From Candidatus Sulfotelmatobacter sp. (GTDB taxonomy: Bacteria > Acidobacteriota > Terriglobia > Terriglobales > Acidobacteriaceae), in contig JASHOH010000122.1 of the NCBI GenBank assembly GCA_030041215.1, positions 7,429-71,428 of the forward strand: a stretch of DNA of 64,000 nt, in the 5' to 3' direction. The notes below the pieces were generated by a model. That model did no database searches, was not told where the DNA came from, and worked only from the letters and a program-made list of their open reading frames with translations. Position numbers and translations under genes: made by a program. Positions 45,899 through 54,768 of the stretch are shown here, in pieces; the stretch's first letter is position 1, and each line of letters begins with the position of its first letter.

Positions 45899-46738
45899 AT
45901 GTCGCCAGAAGCAAAGCGCAGCCGTGCGATTTTCCGCAAGCTTGAACAGGATATTGTCAAGCTTTCCTCGAAGCCGCAGGCACAAAATGTGCACCGCTTT
46001 CGTACCGGCACGCGCCGCCTCCAGATATTGTTGGCGGAACTGTCTCCTCATCTTGACCGCAAGCAAAAAAAGTTGTTGAAACTGCTGGGCCGGATACGCA
46101 AGCGCGCCGGCAAGGTGCGGGACCTGGATGTTCAGTTGACGGCGCTTCGCAGTTTGAAGGTGGCCCGCGAAGCGCGGCGCAAAACCCAACTGATCGATCA
46201 TCTGATCGAATTGCGCAGAAAACAGGAAAAGAAACTCCGCCGGGCAGTGGAACCGGACACGGTCCGCGAAATTCGCAAGCGGCTTGAACGCGCCCGCAGG
46301 GAATTCAAGACGGAGTCCAGCCGCGATCCTTTGACCGTCGCCAGGAACATATTGAAGAGAATCGACGCGACGGCTCCCATCACCGAACCGCTTCTGCACC
46401 GCTATCGCATTCTCGGCAAGCGCGCCCGCTATGCGGCCGAGTTCGCCGGGCATTCCGCCGAAGCGCAGCGATTCATTGCCCAACTCAAGCGGATACAAGA
46501 CGCGCTGGGTGACTGGCATGACTGGCTGACCCTGACTCAAACTGCGGGCCAGCACCTCGGCGATATTCCCGGCTCGGCCTTGATGGCGGAGCTGCGCAAT
46601 GTGACCGGGGCCAAATTTCGCTATGCCGTCAACGTTCTGGTGCAGGTGCGCGCGGCTCTGGAATCGCAGAAACCCCCCGCAGCTCAAACTGCGAAGCCAG
46701 CCGAAGTCAAAGCGATGCAAGCCGTTTCCGCAGCCTGA
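45899..46738 (+). CDS. CHAD domain-containing protein (polyphosphate-binding module)
   Basis: Basic all-helical protein with CHAD motifs VHRFRTGTRRLQ, KVRDLDV, LHRYRILGKRARYAAEF, IQDALGDWHDW. Confidence 0.85.
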   Translation: MSPEAKRSRAIFRKLEQDIVKLSSKPQAQNVHRFRTGTRRLQILLAELSPHLDRKQKKLLKLLGRIRKRAGKVRDLDVQLTALRSLKVAREARRKTQLIDHLIELRRKQEKKLRRAVEPDTVREIRKRLERARREFKTESSRDPLTVARNILKRIDATAPITEPLLHRYRILGKRARYAAEFAGHSAEAQRFIAQLKRIQDALGDWHDWLTLTQTAGQHLGDIPGSALMAELRNVTGAKFRYAVNVLVQVRAALESQKPPAAQTAKPAEVKAMQAVSAA

Positions 46739-46863
46739 CATTCTTCGCCTTCCTGTCTGAAATTCGACATGTGACGGGTTTCACAAAAAGTGTTCCTTCG
46801 ATCACTGCAATTGCACAAACCAAATGATAGGTTCAGGCGCAGAGGTATTGCGTGGCGCATTCA

Positions 46864-47037
46864 ATGACCTTCACTGCCCAGTCCCAGCCGGTATTGTGTG
46901 GGCTATGTCGTGTGAATCCTGCCACGCTGGAGTTCAACATTCACAGCGAAGAGCAGGATGAATCGCGGCAGCAGGGTTCCTGTTGCGCGGCCTGTGGCCA
47001 TAATCTTCTCGACGCACTCGCGCAGACGAAATCCTGA
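46864..47037 (+). CDS. Possible small zinc-ribbon-like protein (speculative)
   Basis: 57-aa ORF with CGLC ... CCAAC cysteine pairs between the CHAD gene and ppx. No family recognised and no clear SD. Confidence 0.3.
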   Translation: MTFTAQSQPVLCGLCRVNPATLEFNIHSEEQDESRQQGSCCAACGHNLLDALAQTKS

Positions 47038-47131
47038 GCTCACCAAAATTCCGGCCGGACAAACAGAAAAATGCAGCCTTAACACCTGATGACCGGCCGA
47101 GGCTTGGCATGTAAACTATTGGCCTTGCCTC

Positions 47132-48661
47132 ATGCCAACCTTTGCTGCGGTCGATATTGGTTCGAACTCCGTCCGCCTCAAGATCGCCCGTCTTGTACGA
47201 GGACGCCTTCAAGCAGTCCACGAAGATCGCGAGGTCACTAGGCTTGGTGAAGGCGTATTCCGATCCGGCTTTCTTACTCCCGAGTCGATTTCTGAAACCG
47301 TCAAGGTGTTACGCCGCTTCCATCGCGCCACGCAACAGGTGGTGACGCATGGCGTTCGCGTCGTCGCCACCAGCGCCTTGCGCGATGCGCGCAACGCTCA
47401 GGCCTTTCTGGAGTGGGTGCGTTCGGCGACAGGGTGGAAGGTCGAAATTATCTCCGGCCTGGAAGAGGCACGGCTGATTCACCTGGGACTGGTGTCGAAT
47501 CTCCGCATTGATAATTCTCCGACGTTGATGATGGACCTGGGAGGCGGTAGCTGCGAATTGACCATCTCCCGTCGCAGTCAGGTACGCGACATGGTGAGCC
47601 TGCCTTTGGGTGCCGTTCGTCTGACGGACGAATTCTTGAGCCACGATCCGCCGCGGAAGGGCGAACTGAAGCGAATGCAGGGTTTTATCGCCCGCGAAGT
47701 GAACCGCATTTCCTCGAGGGTGGTGGCGGCAAAAGTTAAAACTGTAATTGCAACCTCCGGAACCGCAGCCGCGCTGGCCATCGCTGCCAGCCATCTGCGC
47801 AAGAACGGCCGCCGCGAGCGCCTGGTCGTTTCCCGGGGCGAAATGGCACACCTGGCCAGGCAACTCGCGCGGCTGCCGGTGGACGAACGGCGCCAGATTG
47901 AAGGGATCGGTCCCCGCCGGGCAGAAATCGTCGTTCCCGGAGCTTTCGTCTTTAACGAACTGCTTGAGCGCTGCCACCTGAACGGGTTTCGCTACTCCTC
48001 TCTCGGCTTGCGCGACGGCATCCTGGCCCAGATGGCGGCAGAATACGATCGCAGCACGCGCTCTGGCCGCCAGATCGAATCCGAGCGCTGGGAGTCGATC
48101 ACCCGGGCGGTGCGCCATTACAACGTGGACATGCGTCATGCTCTCGACGTGCGCGACTCTGCCATGTTCCTGTTTTCGGCGCTGCGTTCCGTGCACGGCC
48201 TCGCGCCGGAGTTTCGCGAATGGCTTTCGGCGGCCGCGATGCTCTACGAAGTCGGAGATTACGTCAACCGCAACGGCCATCACCGGCATACCTACTACAT
48301 CATTTCCAATTCCGAGATTCTGGGCTACACGCCACAGCAGCGCCGCATCATCGGGGCGATTGCCCGCTACTTAGGGAAGTCACGGCCAACTCTGGAAGAT
48401 ACGCCCATGAAGGGGATCGATCCTGCGGACCGGCCCAGCGTGCAGAAAGCGATCATGTTGCTGCGCCTGGCGAGAGCGCTGAATCTAGGTCGAACCCGTG
48501 CCGTGCAAAAAATTCGCGTCAGCCACCGGGCAGCGGAGGTGCGGCTAACTCTGGTTCCTCGGCGGCGTATGGGAGTCGACCTGGAATTGTGGGCGATCGA
48601 AAGAGACGCCGCTTATTTCCGTGAAGTCTTTGGGCGCGAGCTTTCGACTGCGGTCGCGTAA
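47132..48661 (+). CDS. ppx: Exopolyphosphatase / Ppx-GppA family phosphatase
   Basis: ASKHA-fold motifs AAVDIGSNSVRL, DLGGGSCEL, and a C-terminal HD-like domain (HRHTYYII). Confidence 0.9.
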   Translation: MPTFAAVDIGSNSVRLKIARLVRGRLQAVHEDREVTRLGEGVFRSGFLTPESISETVKVLRRFHRATQQVVTHGVRVVATSALRDARNAQAFLEWVRSATGWKVEIISGLEEARLIHLGLVSNLRIDNSPTLMMDLGGGSCELTISRRSQVRDMVSLPLGAVRLTDEFLSHDPPRKGELKRMQGFIAREVNRISSRVVAAKVKTVIATSGTAAALAIAASHLRKNGRRERLVVSRGEMAHLARQLARLPVDERRQIEGIGPRRAEIVVPGAFVFNELLERCHLNGFRYSSLGLRDGILAQMAAEYDRSTRSGRQIESERWESITRAVRHYNVDMRHALDVRDSAMFLFSALRSVHGLAPEFREWLSAAAMLYEVGDYVNRNGHHRHTYYIISNSEILGYTPQQRRIIGAIARYLGKSRPTLEDTPMKGIDPADRPSVQKAIMLLRLARALNLGRTRAVQKIRVSHRAAEVRLTLVPRRRMGVDLELWAIERDAAYFREVFGRELSTAVA

Positions 48662-49143
48662 AGTGCGCGCAACGCTTTTGGCGTCAAACACCACTGAAGC
48701 GTTCCGGAGTTGCGCCGCATATCCACGCGTGCAACCGCGCCTTTCTTCAGATCAACCGACGCTTCGCAGCCAGACTCGCTGATGACTGTCCCTAGAAACT
48801 GGCTGAGGTTGGGGTTGTGGCCCACAACCATGATCGATTCCTGGGCGGAATATTTTTCCAGTAATCGGCGAAAATCGGAAAAGGTCGCTTCGGGCCGGAG
48901 GGCGTTCTCGATCTGTAATTTGCCTTCGTAACCCATCTCGTTGCCCACAAGCGAGGCCGTCTGCGTGGCGCGCTTGAGAGGGCTCGAAAGGATTACGTCA
49001 ACCTGGGCGTCGATCGCGGCCAGCGCGCGTCCTACATAGCCGCACTGCTCGATGCCATCCTTATCGAGTGCGCGCTTTTCATCTTTCTTTGGATTGACCA
49101 GCGGATCACCCGCACTGGCGTGCCGCAAGAAATAGATGATCAT
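48613..49143 (-). CDS. sixA: SixA-like phosphohistidine phosphatase
   Basis: Histidine-phosphatase motif IIYFLRHA, SSPLKRATQTA, VVGHNP. Starts 6 nt after the ppk1 stop. Confidence 0.8.
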   Translation of the reverse strand: MIIYFLRHASAGDPLVNPKKDEKRALDKDGIEQCGYVGRALAAIDAQVDVILSSPLKRATQTASLVGNEMGYEGKLQIENALRPEATFSDFRRLLEKYSAQESIMVVGHNPNLSQFLGTVISESGCEASVDLKKGAVARVDMRRNSGTLQWCLTPKALRALYATAVESSRPKTSRK

Positions 49144-49149
49144 CGGAAA

Positions 49150-51306
49150 TTATCGTACTCTTTCGCTGGAAATTTTGCGCCTGCCGGCCGGCAGCGGAGG
49201 GGGCTGTATGAAATCAACCAACTGCTTGCCTTCGGCCACGGTGATCAGGAAATCCTGGGCGCTGAAGGCGTTGGCCGGCGGTTTGCGGGTGCGTTTTCCG
49301 CGCATCGGCTGCCAGGCGCGAATATAAGTGCCATCACGCAACAGCATGCGGGCCTTGCGAGTATCGGCAAGATAAGCGTCCAGGATTTCGCGGTGCATGC
49401 GCTCGCGCAGGAATTCATCGCGCACCGGCAACAGCACTTCTACACGCTCATACAAATTGCGCGGCATCCAGTCAGCGCTGCCCATGTAGATCTCTTCCTC
49501 GCCACCGTTGGCGAAGTAATAAATTCTGCTGTGTTCCAGAAAGCGGCCCACAATACTTCGTACGCGGATGCGGTCGCTCACGCCGCGCACGCCGGGCCGC
49601 AGCGCGCAGATGCCGCGCACAATCAGGTCGATTTCAACCCCCGCCTGCGAGGCACGATAAAGCGCCTGGACCATGTTCTTGTCGAGCAGGGCATTCATCT
49701 TCGCGATGATTCGCGCCGGTCGCCCCTGGCGCGCGTGTTCGGCTTCGCGGTCGATCAGCGCTATGCTCTTTTCCGCGAGATCAAGTGGAGCTACCAGCAA
49801 TGGATCGTAGCTTGGGTTCTCCGAGTACGCGGTCAAGAAACTGAACACATCATGCACGGCCCGGGTAGTTTCAGGATTCGCCGTAAACAGGCTCAAATCG
49901 GTGTAGATGCGCGCAGTGGTCGCGTTGTAGTTGCCGGTTCCGATGTGAGCATAGCTGCGTGACACTCCGTCGGGATCGCGGCGTACCAGCAGCGAGAGCT
50001 TGCAGTGCGTTTTCAGACCGACCAGGCCGTGAAACACCTGCACGCCGGAATCTTCCAGATCACGCGCCCACCGGATATTGTGCGCCTCGTCGAAGCGCGC
50101 CTTGAGCTCAATTACGGCCGTGACTTCCTTCCGCGACGCCGCGTCCATTAGCGAAGAAACGATCGCCGAATGCTCGCTGGTGCGGTACAAAGTTTGTTTG
50201 ATCGAGAGGACGTGCTCGTCTTCCGCCGCCGACTCGATAAACGACACCACGGGATCAAACGAATCGTAAGGATGGTGGAGCAGAATGTCATGTCGCCGGA
50301 GTTCCTCAAAAAGATCCTGCGACTTGGCCGTGAGCCGCAGCTCGCGCGGCGTAAAGCTGCGATATTTCAGGTCTGGCCTCTGTGTCTGCTCGTAGACATT
50401 GAAAAGCCGTGAAAGATTTACCGGCCCGTTTACCGGAAAAACCTGCCAGGGGTCAAGCTCAAAGACTGTGCGCAGCCGCTCGATGATTTCGGGGTCCGCG
50501 TCGGCCTCAATTTCCATGCGCACGGCATCGCCCTTGCGCCGGTTGTGCAGCTCGGCGCGCACCGATTCCAGCACGCTGCGCGCTTCTTCTTCCTGCAGGT
50601 ACAGATTGCTGTTGCGAGTCACCCGGAACGGTGCCGACGAAATGATGTCGTAGCCGCGATACATCTCTTGCGCGTGGTGGGCGACCAGGTCGGCGAGAAA
50701 GATGAAGTCAGTTGTGTTCTCCGAGGGCAGCCGCACCAGTCGCGGCAACGCGCGTGGAACCGAGACGACACCAGTGTAAGTGATCGCCGAACGGCGGCGC
50801 CGGCGCAGAAGAAAGCCCAGGCACAGCGCCTTGTTGATCACCCGCGGAAACGGGTGCGAAGGATCAACCGTCACCGGGGTCAGCAGCGGGTCCAGTTCCT
50901 TCTGGCAATATTCGTCAACAAAGCGGCGCGCTTCGGCATCAAGCTCGTGCAGGCTCAGAAGGCGTATCCCGCGTTCAGCCAGCGCCGGACGCAGACTGTT
51001 CCAGCAGTCGTATTGATCGTCCACGAATTTGTGAGTCAGGCGAGCGAGAACATCGCGCTTTTCGGTTAGTGTCAATCCATCAGGTCCGGCCTCGTTGTAG
51101 CCATCCTCGATCTGCTGCACCATTCCAGCAACGCGAATCTCGAAGAATTCATCGAGGTTGCTGGCGGTAATGGCAAGAAACTTCAGCCGCTCCAGCAGCG
51201 GATTGCCCTCATCTTCCGCCTCCTCGAGCACACGGCGGTTGAACTCCATCCACGAGGTATCGCGGTTGATGTAATACTTTGAATCGTCAAGCGAAATGCG
51301 TGCCAT
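49150..51306 (-). CDS. ppk: Polyphosphate kinase 1
   Basis: YINRDTSWMEFNRRVLEEA N-terminus, a ~718-aa four-domain length, and two PLD-like C-terminal domains (HCKLSLLVRR, GSADWMPRNL). Confidence 0.95.
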   Translation of the reverse strand: MARISLDDSKYYINRDTSWMEFNRRVLEEAEDEGNPLLERLKFLAITASNLDEFFEIRVAGMVQQIEDGYNEAGPDGLTLTEKRDVLARLTHKFVDDQYDCWNSLRPALAERGIRLLSLHELDAEARRFVDEYCQKELDPLLTPVTVDPSHPFPRVINKALCLGFLLRRRRRSAITYTGVVSVPRALPRLVRLPSENTTDFIFLADLVAHHAQEMYRGYDIISSAPFRVTRNSNLYLQEEEARSVLESVRAELHNRRKGDAVRMEIEADADPEIIERLRTVFELDPWQVFPVNGPVNLSRLFNVYEQTQRPDLKYRSFTPRELRLTAKSQDLFEELRRHDILLHHPYDSFDPVVSFIESAAEDEHVLSIKQTLYRTSEHSAIVSSLMDAASRKEVTAVIELKARFDEAHNIRWARDLEDSGVQVFHGLVGLKTHCKLSLLVRRDPDGVSRSYAHIGTGNYNATTARIYTDLSLFTANPETTRAVHDVFSFLTAYSENPSYDPLLVAPLDLAEKSIALIDREAEHARQGRPARIIAKMNALLDKNMVQALYRASQAGVEIDLIVRGICALRPGVRGVSDRIRVRSIVGRFLEHSRIYYFANGGEEEIYMGSADWMPRNLYERVEVLLPVRDEFLRERMHREILDAYLADTRKARMLLRDGTYIRAWQPMRGKRTRKPPANAFSAQDFLITVAEGKQLVDFIQPPPLPAGRRKISSERVR

Positions 51307-51565
51307 GAAAGCAAATACCGCTTAAAAGACATTCCTCAGTCTGGAAATTCCACCGGGCGTGGTTTTTGCATCCGCTCCATGGATTCAAGCTCAGATCCCG
51401 GAAGGAAGTGCAGAGAGCTAGTATAAAGCATCCAGGCGGCTGTCGATCGACGTGGTTCTAGGGTTACCAGATATCTCAACGCTCTCAGTGTGTTGACCGC
51501 GGCTCGCGTGGGAGGAGGGTTCGAGTGATCAAATGCCTTGCTCGGTCATTCGATTGCTCCGGGCA

Positions 51566-52393
51566 TCATTCGTTGAACGCCAATTCCTTGGCCCGCTGTG
51601 TCGCCTTCACCACGGCCTTGATCAGCGTCACGCGCAGCTTGCCTTCTTCGAGCTCGAGTATGCCGTCAATTGTGCAACCCGCAGGCGTGGTCACCGAATC
51701 TTTCAGCTGCGCCGGATGATCACCGGTCTCGAGCACCATTTTCGCCGATCCCATTGTCATTTGCGCAGCCAGCAGCGTCGCGGTTTCGCGGGGCAAACCA
51801 ACTTTCACTCCCGCCTCTGCGAGCGACTCGAGAATGATGTATATGAATGCCGGTCCGCTGGCGGAAAGCCCGGTCACAGCATCCATGTGCTTCTCATCGA
51901 CCACCACCGTCCTGCCGACCACGTCAAACAACGAGCAGGCCAGGGCAATCTGATCTGGCGTCACGTAGCGGCCTTTGCACAACCCAGTCATCCCGGCTCC
52001 CAGGCCGCAGGGCGTGTTGGGCATGGCGCGCACCACGGCGGTGTTCCCGCCAAGAACATTCTCGATCTGGCCGGTTGGCACCGAGGCCGCCACCGAGATC
52101 ACGAGCTGTCCTGCGGAGATGTGCGGCCGAATTTCTTCCACCACCTCCTGCACCGTCTGCGGCTTCACGCAGATGAAAATGATGTCTGCCCCGCGCACCG
52201 CCTGCGCGTTGTCTGTACCGACTTCAATGTGCAGCTTTTCCGTCTGGCTGCGCGCCCGTTCCGGATGCCGCACCGTTGCGCGGATCATATCCTTCGTCAA
52301 CAATCCTTCGCGCATCCACGCCTGTACCAGCGTGCCTCCGAGCTTTCCCGCCCCAAGCACCGCGATCTTCTTATTCGACAGGTCAATCCCCAT
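51566..52393 (-). CDS. proC: Pyrroline-5-carboxylate reductase
   Basis: NADP motif VLGAGKLGG, RAMPNTP, and a C-terminal TTPAGCTI dimerisation-domain motif. Confidence 0.92.
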   Translation of the reverse strand: MGIDLSNKKIAVLGAGKLGGTLVQAWMREGLLTKDMIRATVRHPERARSQTEKLHIEVGTDNAQAVRGADIIFICVKPQTVQEVVEEIRPHISAGQLVISVAASVPTGQIENVLGGNTAVVRAMPNTPCGLGAGMTGLCKGRYVTPDQIALACSLFDVVGRTVVVDEKHMDAVTGLSASGPAFIYIILESLAEAGVKVGLPRETATLLAAQMTMGSAKMVLETGDHPAQLKDSVTTPAGCTIDGILELEEGKLRVTLIKAVVKATQRAKELAFNE

Positions 52394-52478
52394 TGCAACT
52401 CGCCTTCCTTATGCCCAACACTCTTATACTATCGGACCCCGCCCACCGAATTGCCGCCTGCGGCGAGCAGTCCTCGGT

Positions 52479-53459
52479 TCACGGCGACAAGGCTCTGGTA
52501 CTTTGCCGCTGCATCCACTTCCACGCCGTCGCCACAATATCATCCAGCGTGCGCATAGCCTTCCACCGCAGCAATTTCTCAGCGAGAGACGGATCGGCCA
52601 CCAGCGCCGGCGGATCTCCCGCACGCCGTCCCGCCAGCCGCACCGGCACTTTCAATCCGGACACTTCCTCAATCTTGGTCAGCACCTCTTTCACCGAATA
52701 CCCGCGTCCGGCGCCGAGATTCACCGCCATCGAATCGGCTCCGCGCGCCAGATGTTCCAGCGCCAGCACATGCGCATCGGCCAAATCATTGACGTGAATG
52801 TAATCGCGTATGCACGTCCCATCCGGCGTCGGATAATCGGTGCCGAACAGTTCCAACTCCCGCCGCGCGCCCGTCGCCGCTAGCAATGCGGAAGGAATCA
52901 GATGCGTCTCGGGATCATGCACTTCGCCGATCTCTCCACTTTCATCCGCGCCCGCCGCATTGAAGTACCGCAGCGAGGCAAATCGCAATCCGTAGGCGCG
53001 ATCGTACGCCTCCAGCGCATTCTCGAAGAACAATTTCGTCACGCCATACGGGTTCACCGGCTGCCGCGGATTCTTCTCTGAAATCGGAATCTTCACAGGA
53101 ATGCCATACACCGCACAGGTGGAAGAAAAGATCACTCGCCGCACGCCGCAGTCGAGGCACGCGTTCAGCAGCGCCAGTCCCGACTCCACATTATTGCGAA
53201 AATACTTGCGCGGATTCTCGACCGACTCTCCCACATACGCATGCGCCGCGAAGTGCATGACCGAATCGACGCGCCGCAACGCCGCCGACAATTTGACTAG
53301 GTCAGCTATATCGCCCCGCACCAGTTCGAACCCAGAAGCCAGAAACTCGTGTCCGGTGGAAAGATTGTCGTAAATCATGACGTCGTGCCCGCGCTGCCGC
53401 AGCGTGCGCGCCGCGTGGCTGCCGATGTAACCCGCACCCCCGACTACCAGAACGATCAA
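52479..53459 (-). CDS. galE: UDP-glucose 4-epimerase
   Basis: VVGGAGYIGSH, catalytic YGVTK, DGTCIRDYIHV. Confidence 0.92.
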   Translation of the reverse strand: MIVLVVGGAGYIGSHAARTLRQRGHDVMIYDNLSTGHEFLASGFELVRGDIADLVKLSAALRRVDSVMHFAAHAYVGESVENPRKYFRNNVESGLALLNACLDCGVRRVIFSSTCAVYGIPVKIPISEKNPRQPVNPYGVTKLFFENALEAYDRAYGLRFASLRYFNAAGADESGEIGEVHDPETHLIPSALLAATGARRELELFGTDYPTPDGTCIRDYIHVNDLADAHVLALEHLARGADSMAVNLGAGRGYSVKEVLTKIEEVSGLKVPVRLAGRRAGDPPALVADPSLAEKLLRWKAMRTLDDIVATAWKWMQRQSTRALSP

Positions 53460-53805
53460 TGCTTCACTCCAGTTTCCATGGCTAAGACCACCAGCCCAGG
53501 TAAGTTAAAACTATCCAGTCTAATGGCTGATCCCCGGTTTGTCTCACTCGAGTGGGGATGCAGGGACGGGGCTGCCATGCTGGTTACCAACGCTGGGGGT
53601 GGGTATAACACTGACGTACCGTTTATTTGTAATTGGGTAGAGACTAAAGTCTCTATAACGATGATGCTCTGAACCGCGGAACCTTCTGCTAAGATTCTTG
53701 TAAATCAGCAGGCGGCCGCACATCCCCTGTATCCCCCCTTCTATACGCACCGTCAAAACTGACTTTACTTACGATTTCATAACTCAGATCGGGACTTGAG
53801 GAGAG

Positions 53806-54645
53806 ATGGTCCAACACTTGGGTTTGGCCGCCGGAAACGCGGAAAAGATTCGAGTTCTGGCGGCGGACAGCACGCGCATGAGCGGTCAATTACTCGCCGA
53901 GTCTCTGGCTCAGGATCGCCAGTTCGATGCGAGCTGGGCCGAGCCGAAAAGTTCCTCCATTCTGGAATCAGTCGCGCAAAAAAAGCCTCATGTGCTGCTG
54001 TTGAGTTCGACGTTGGAAGGCGCTCCAGCTGTGGGATTTGACGTGACGCGGCGCGTGCGAGCCGCGCACCCCGAAACCAGAACGGTATTGCTGGTGGACA
54101 CACCAAACGCGAGCACGGTGGTGGAGGCCTTCCGGGCGGGAGCGCAAGGCATTTTTTCGCGCAATGAGTCCGCGAAGACACTGGCCCGCTGCATCTGCTG
54201 CGTACATCAGGGACAGGTTTGGGCAAACAGCGAAGAATTGCGGCATGTGCTGGATGCTCTGCGCGCGTCGCAACCGATGAAGATGTTCGATGCGCACGCG
54301 GAAGCCCTTCTTTCGAAGCGGGAGCAGGAAGTGGTGCGTTGCGTGGCCGAAGGACTGTCGAACCGCGAGATTGCCAGCCGGCTGAAGTTGACCGAGCATA
54401 CGGTGAAGAATTATTTGTTCCGCATCTTCGACAAGCTGGGAGTCTCGAGCCGGGTGGAAGTTGTGCTGTACGTCTTCCGCATGCGGAAGGACCCGGTTGA
54501 CCCTCCAGAGATCGACAGCCCACAAGGCAGAGATCCCCGGCCCACGCTGGTGAAATCTCCAGCAAAATCGACGGGAAGAATGGCGCCAACGCCGGTGGAT
54601 AGCATTAGGGATGTGGCACGGCGATCGAGGCTGCAAGGAGACTAG
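53806..54645 (+). CDS. LuxR/NarL-family transcriptional regulator with atypical (Asp-less) receiver domain
   Basis: HTH LSKREQEVVRCVAEGLSNREIASRLKLTEHTVKNYLFRIFDKLGV. The receiver-like N-domain has HVLLLSSTLEG where DxxMP is expected (Ser at the phospho-acceptor position). Confidence 0.8.
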   Translation: MVQHLGLAAGNAEKIRVLAADSTRMSGQLLAESLAQDRQFDASWAEPKSSSILESVAQKKPHVLLLSSTLEGAPAVGFDVTRRVRAAHPETRTVLLVDTPNASTVVEAFRAGAQGIFSRNESAKTLARCICCVHQGQVWANSEELRHVLDALRASQPMKMFDAHAEALLSKREQEVVRCVAEGLSNREIASRLKLTEHTVKNYLFRIFDKLGVSSRVEVVLYVFRMRKDPVDPPEIDSPQGRDPRPTLVKSPAKSTGRMAPTPVDSIRDVARRSRLQGD

Positions 54646-54687
54646 GAATCCCAGGACGGTCGAGATTGCTACTCGCACAGTAAAATC

Positions 54688-54737
54688 TTAAATCGCAAAG
54701 CACGTAAAGGAAGGCCGCGGAGAGCGTGGAGAAAAAC
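54688..54737 (+). repeat. Intergenic repeat family E copy
   Basis: CTTAAATCGCAAAGCACGTAAAGGAAGGCCGCGGAGAGCGTGGAGAAAAAC, between the convergent luxR-type gene and lhgO. Confidence 0.5.
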
Positions 54738-54768
54738 AGGCCGTGGACTGAGTCATCTTCTTCTGCTT

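Noticed and set aside
47100-47131. TTGGCATGTAAACTATTGG upstream of ppx, as a possible sigma-54 (-24/-12) promoter.
   Set aside because: TGGCA is present, but there is no TTGC element at the required spacing from the GG.
47309-48289. 326-aa antisense ORF inside ppx. Similar long antisense ORFs occur at 45875-46741 (CHAD), 51533-52883 (proC/galE), 53777-54678 (luxR-type gene), 23243-23911 (hemC), 59560-60363 (giant gene) and 49120-49962 (ppk).
   Set aside because: Each lies opposite a gene with strong family motifs and has Arg/Ala/Gly/Pro-rich composition typical of GC-driven shadow ORFs. None has recognisable motifs.
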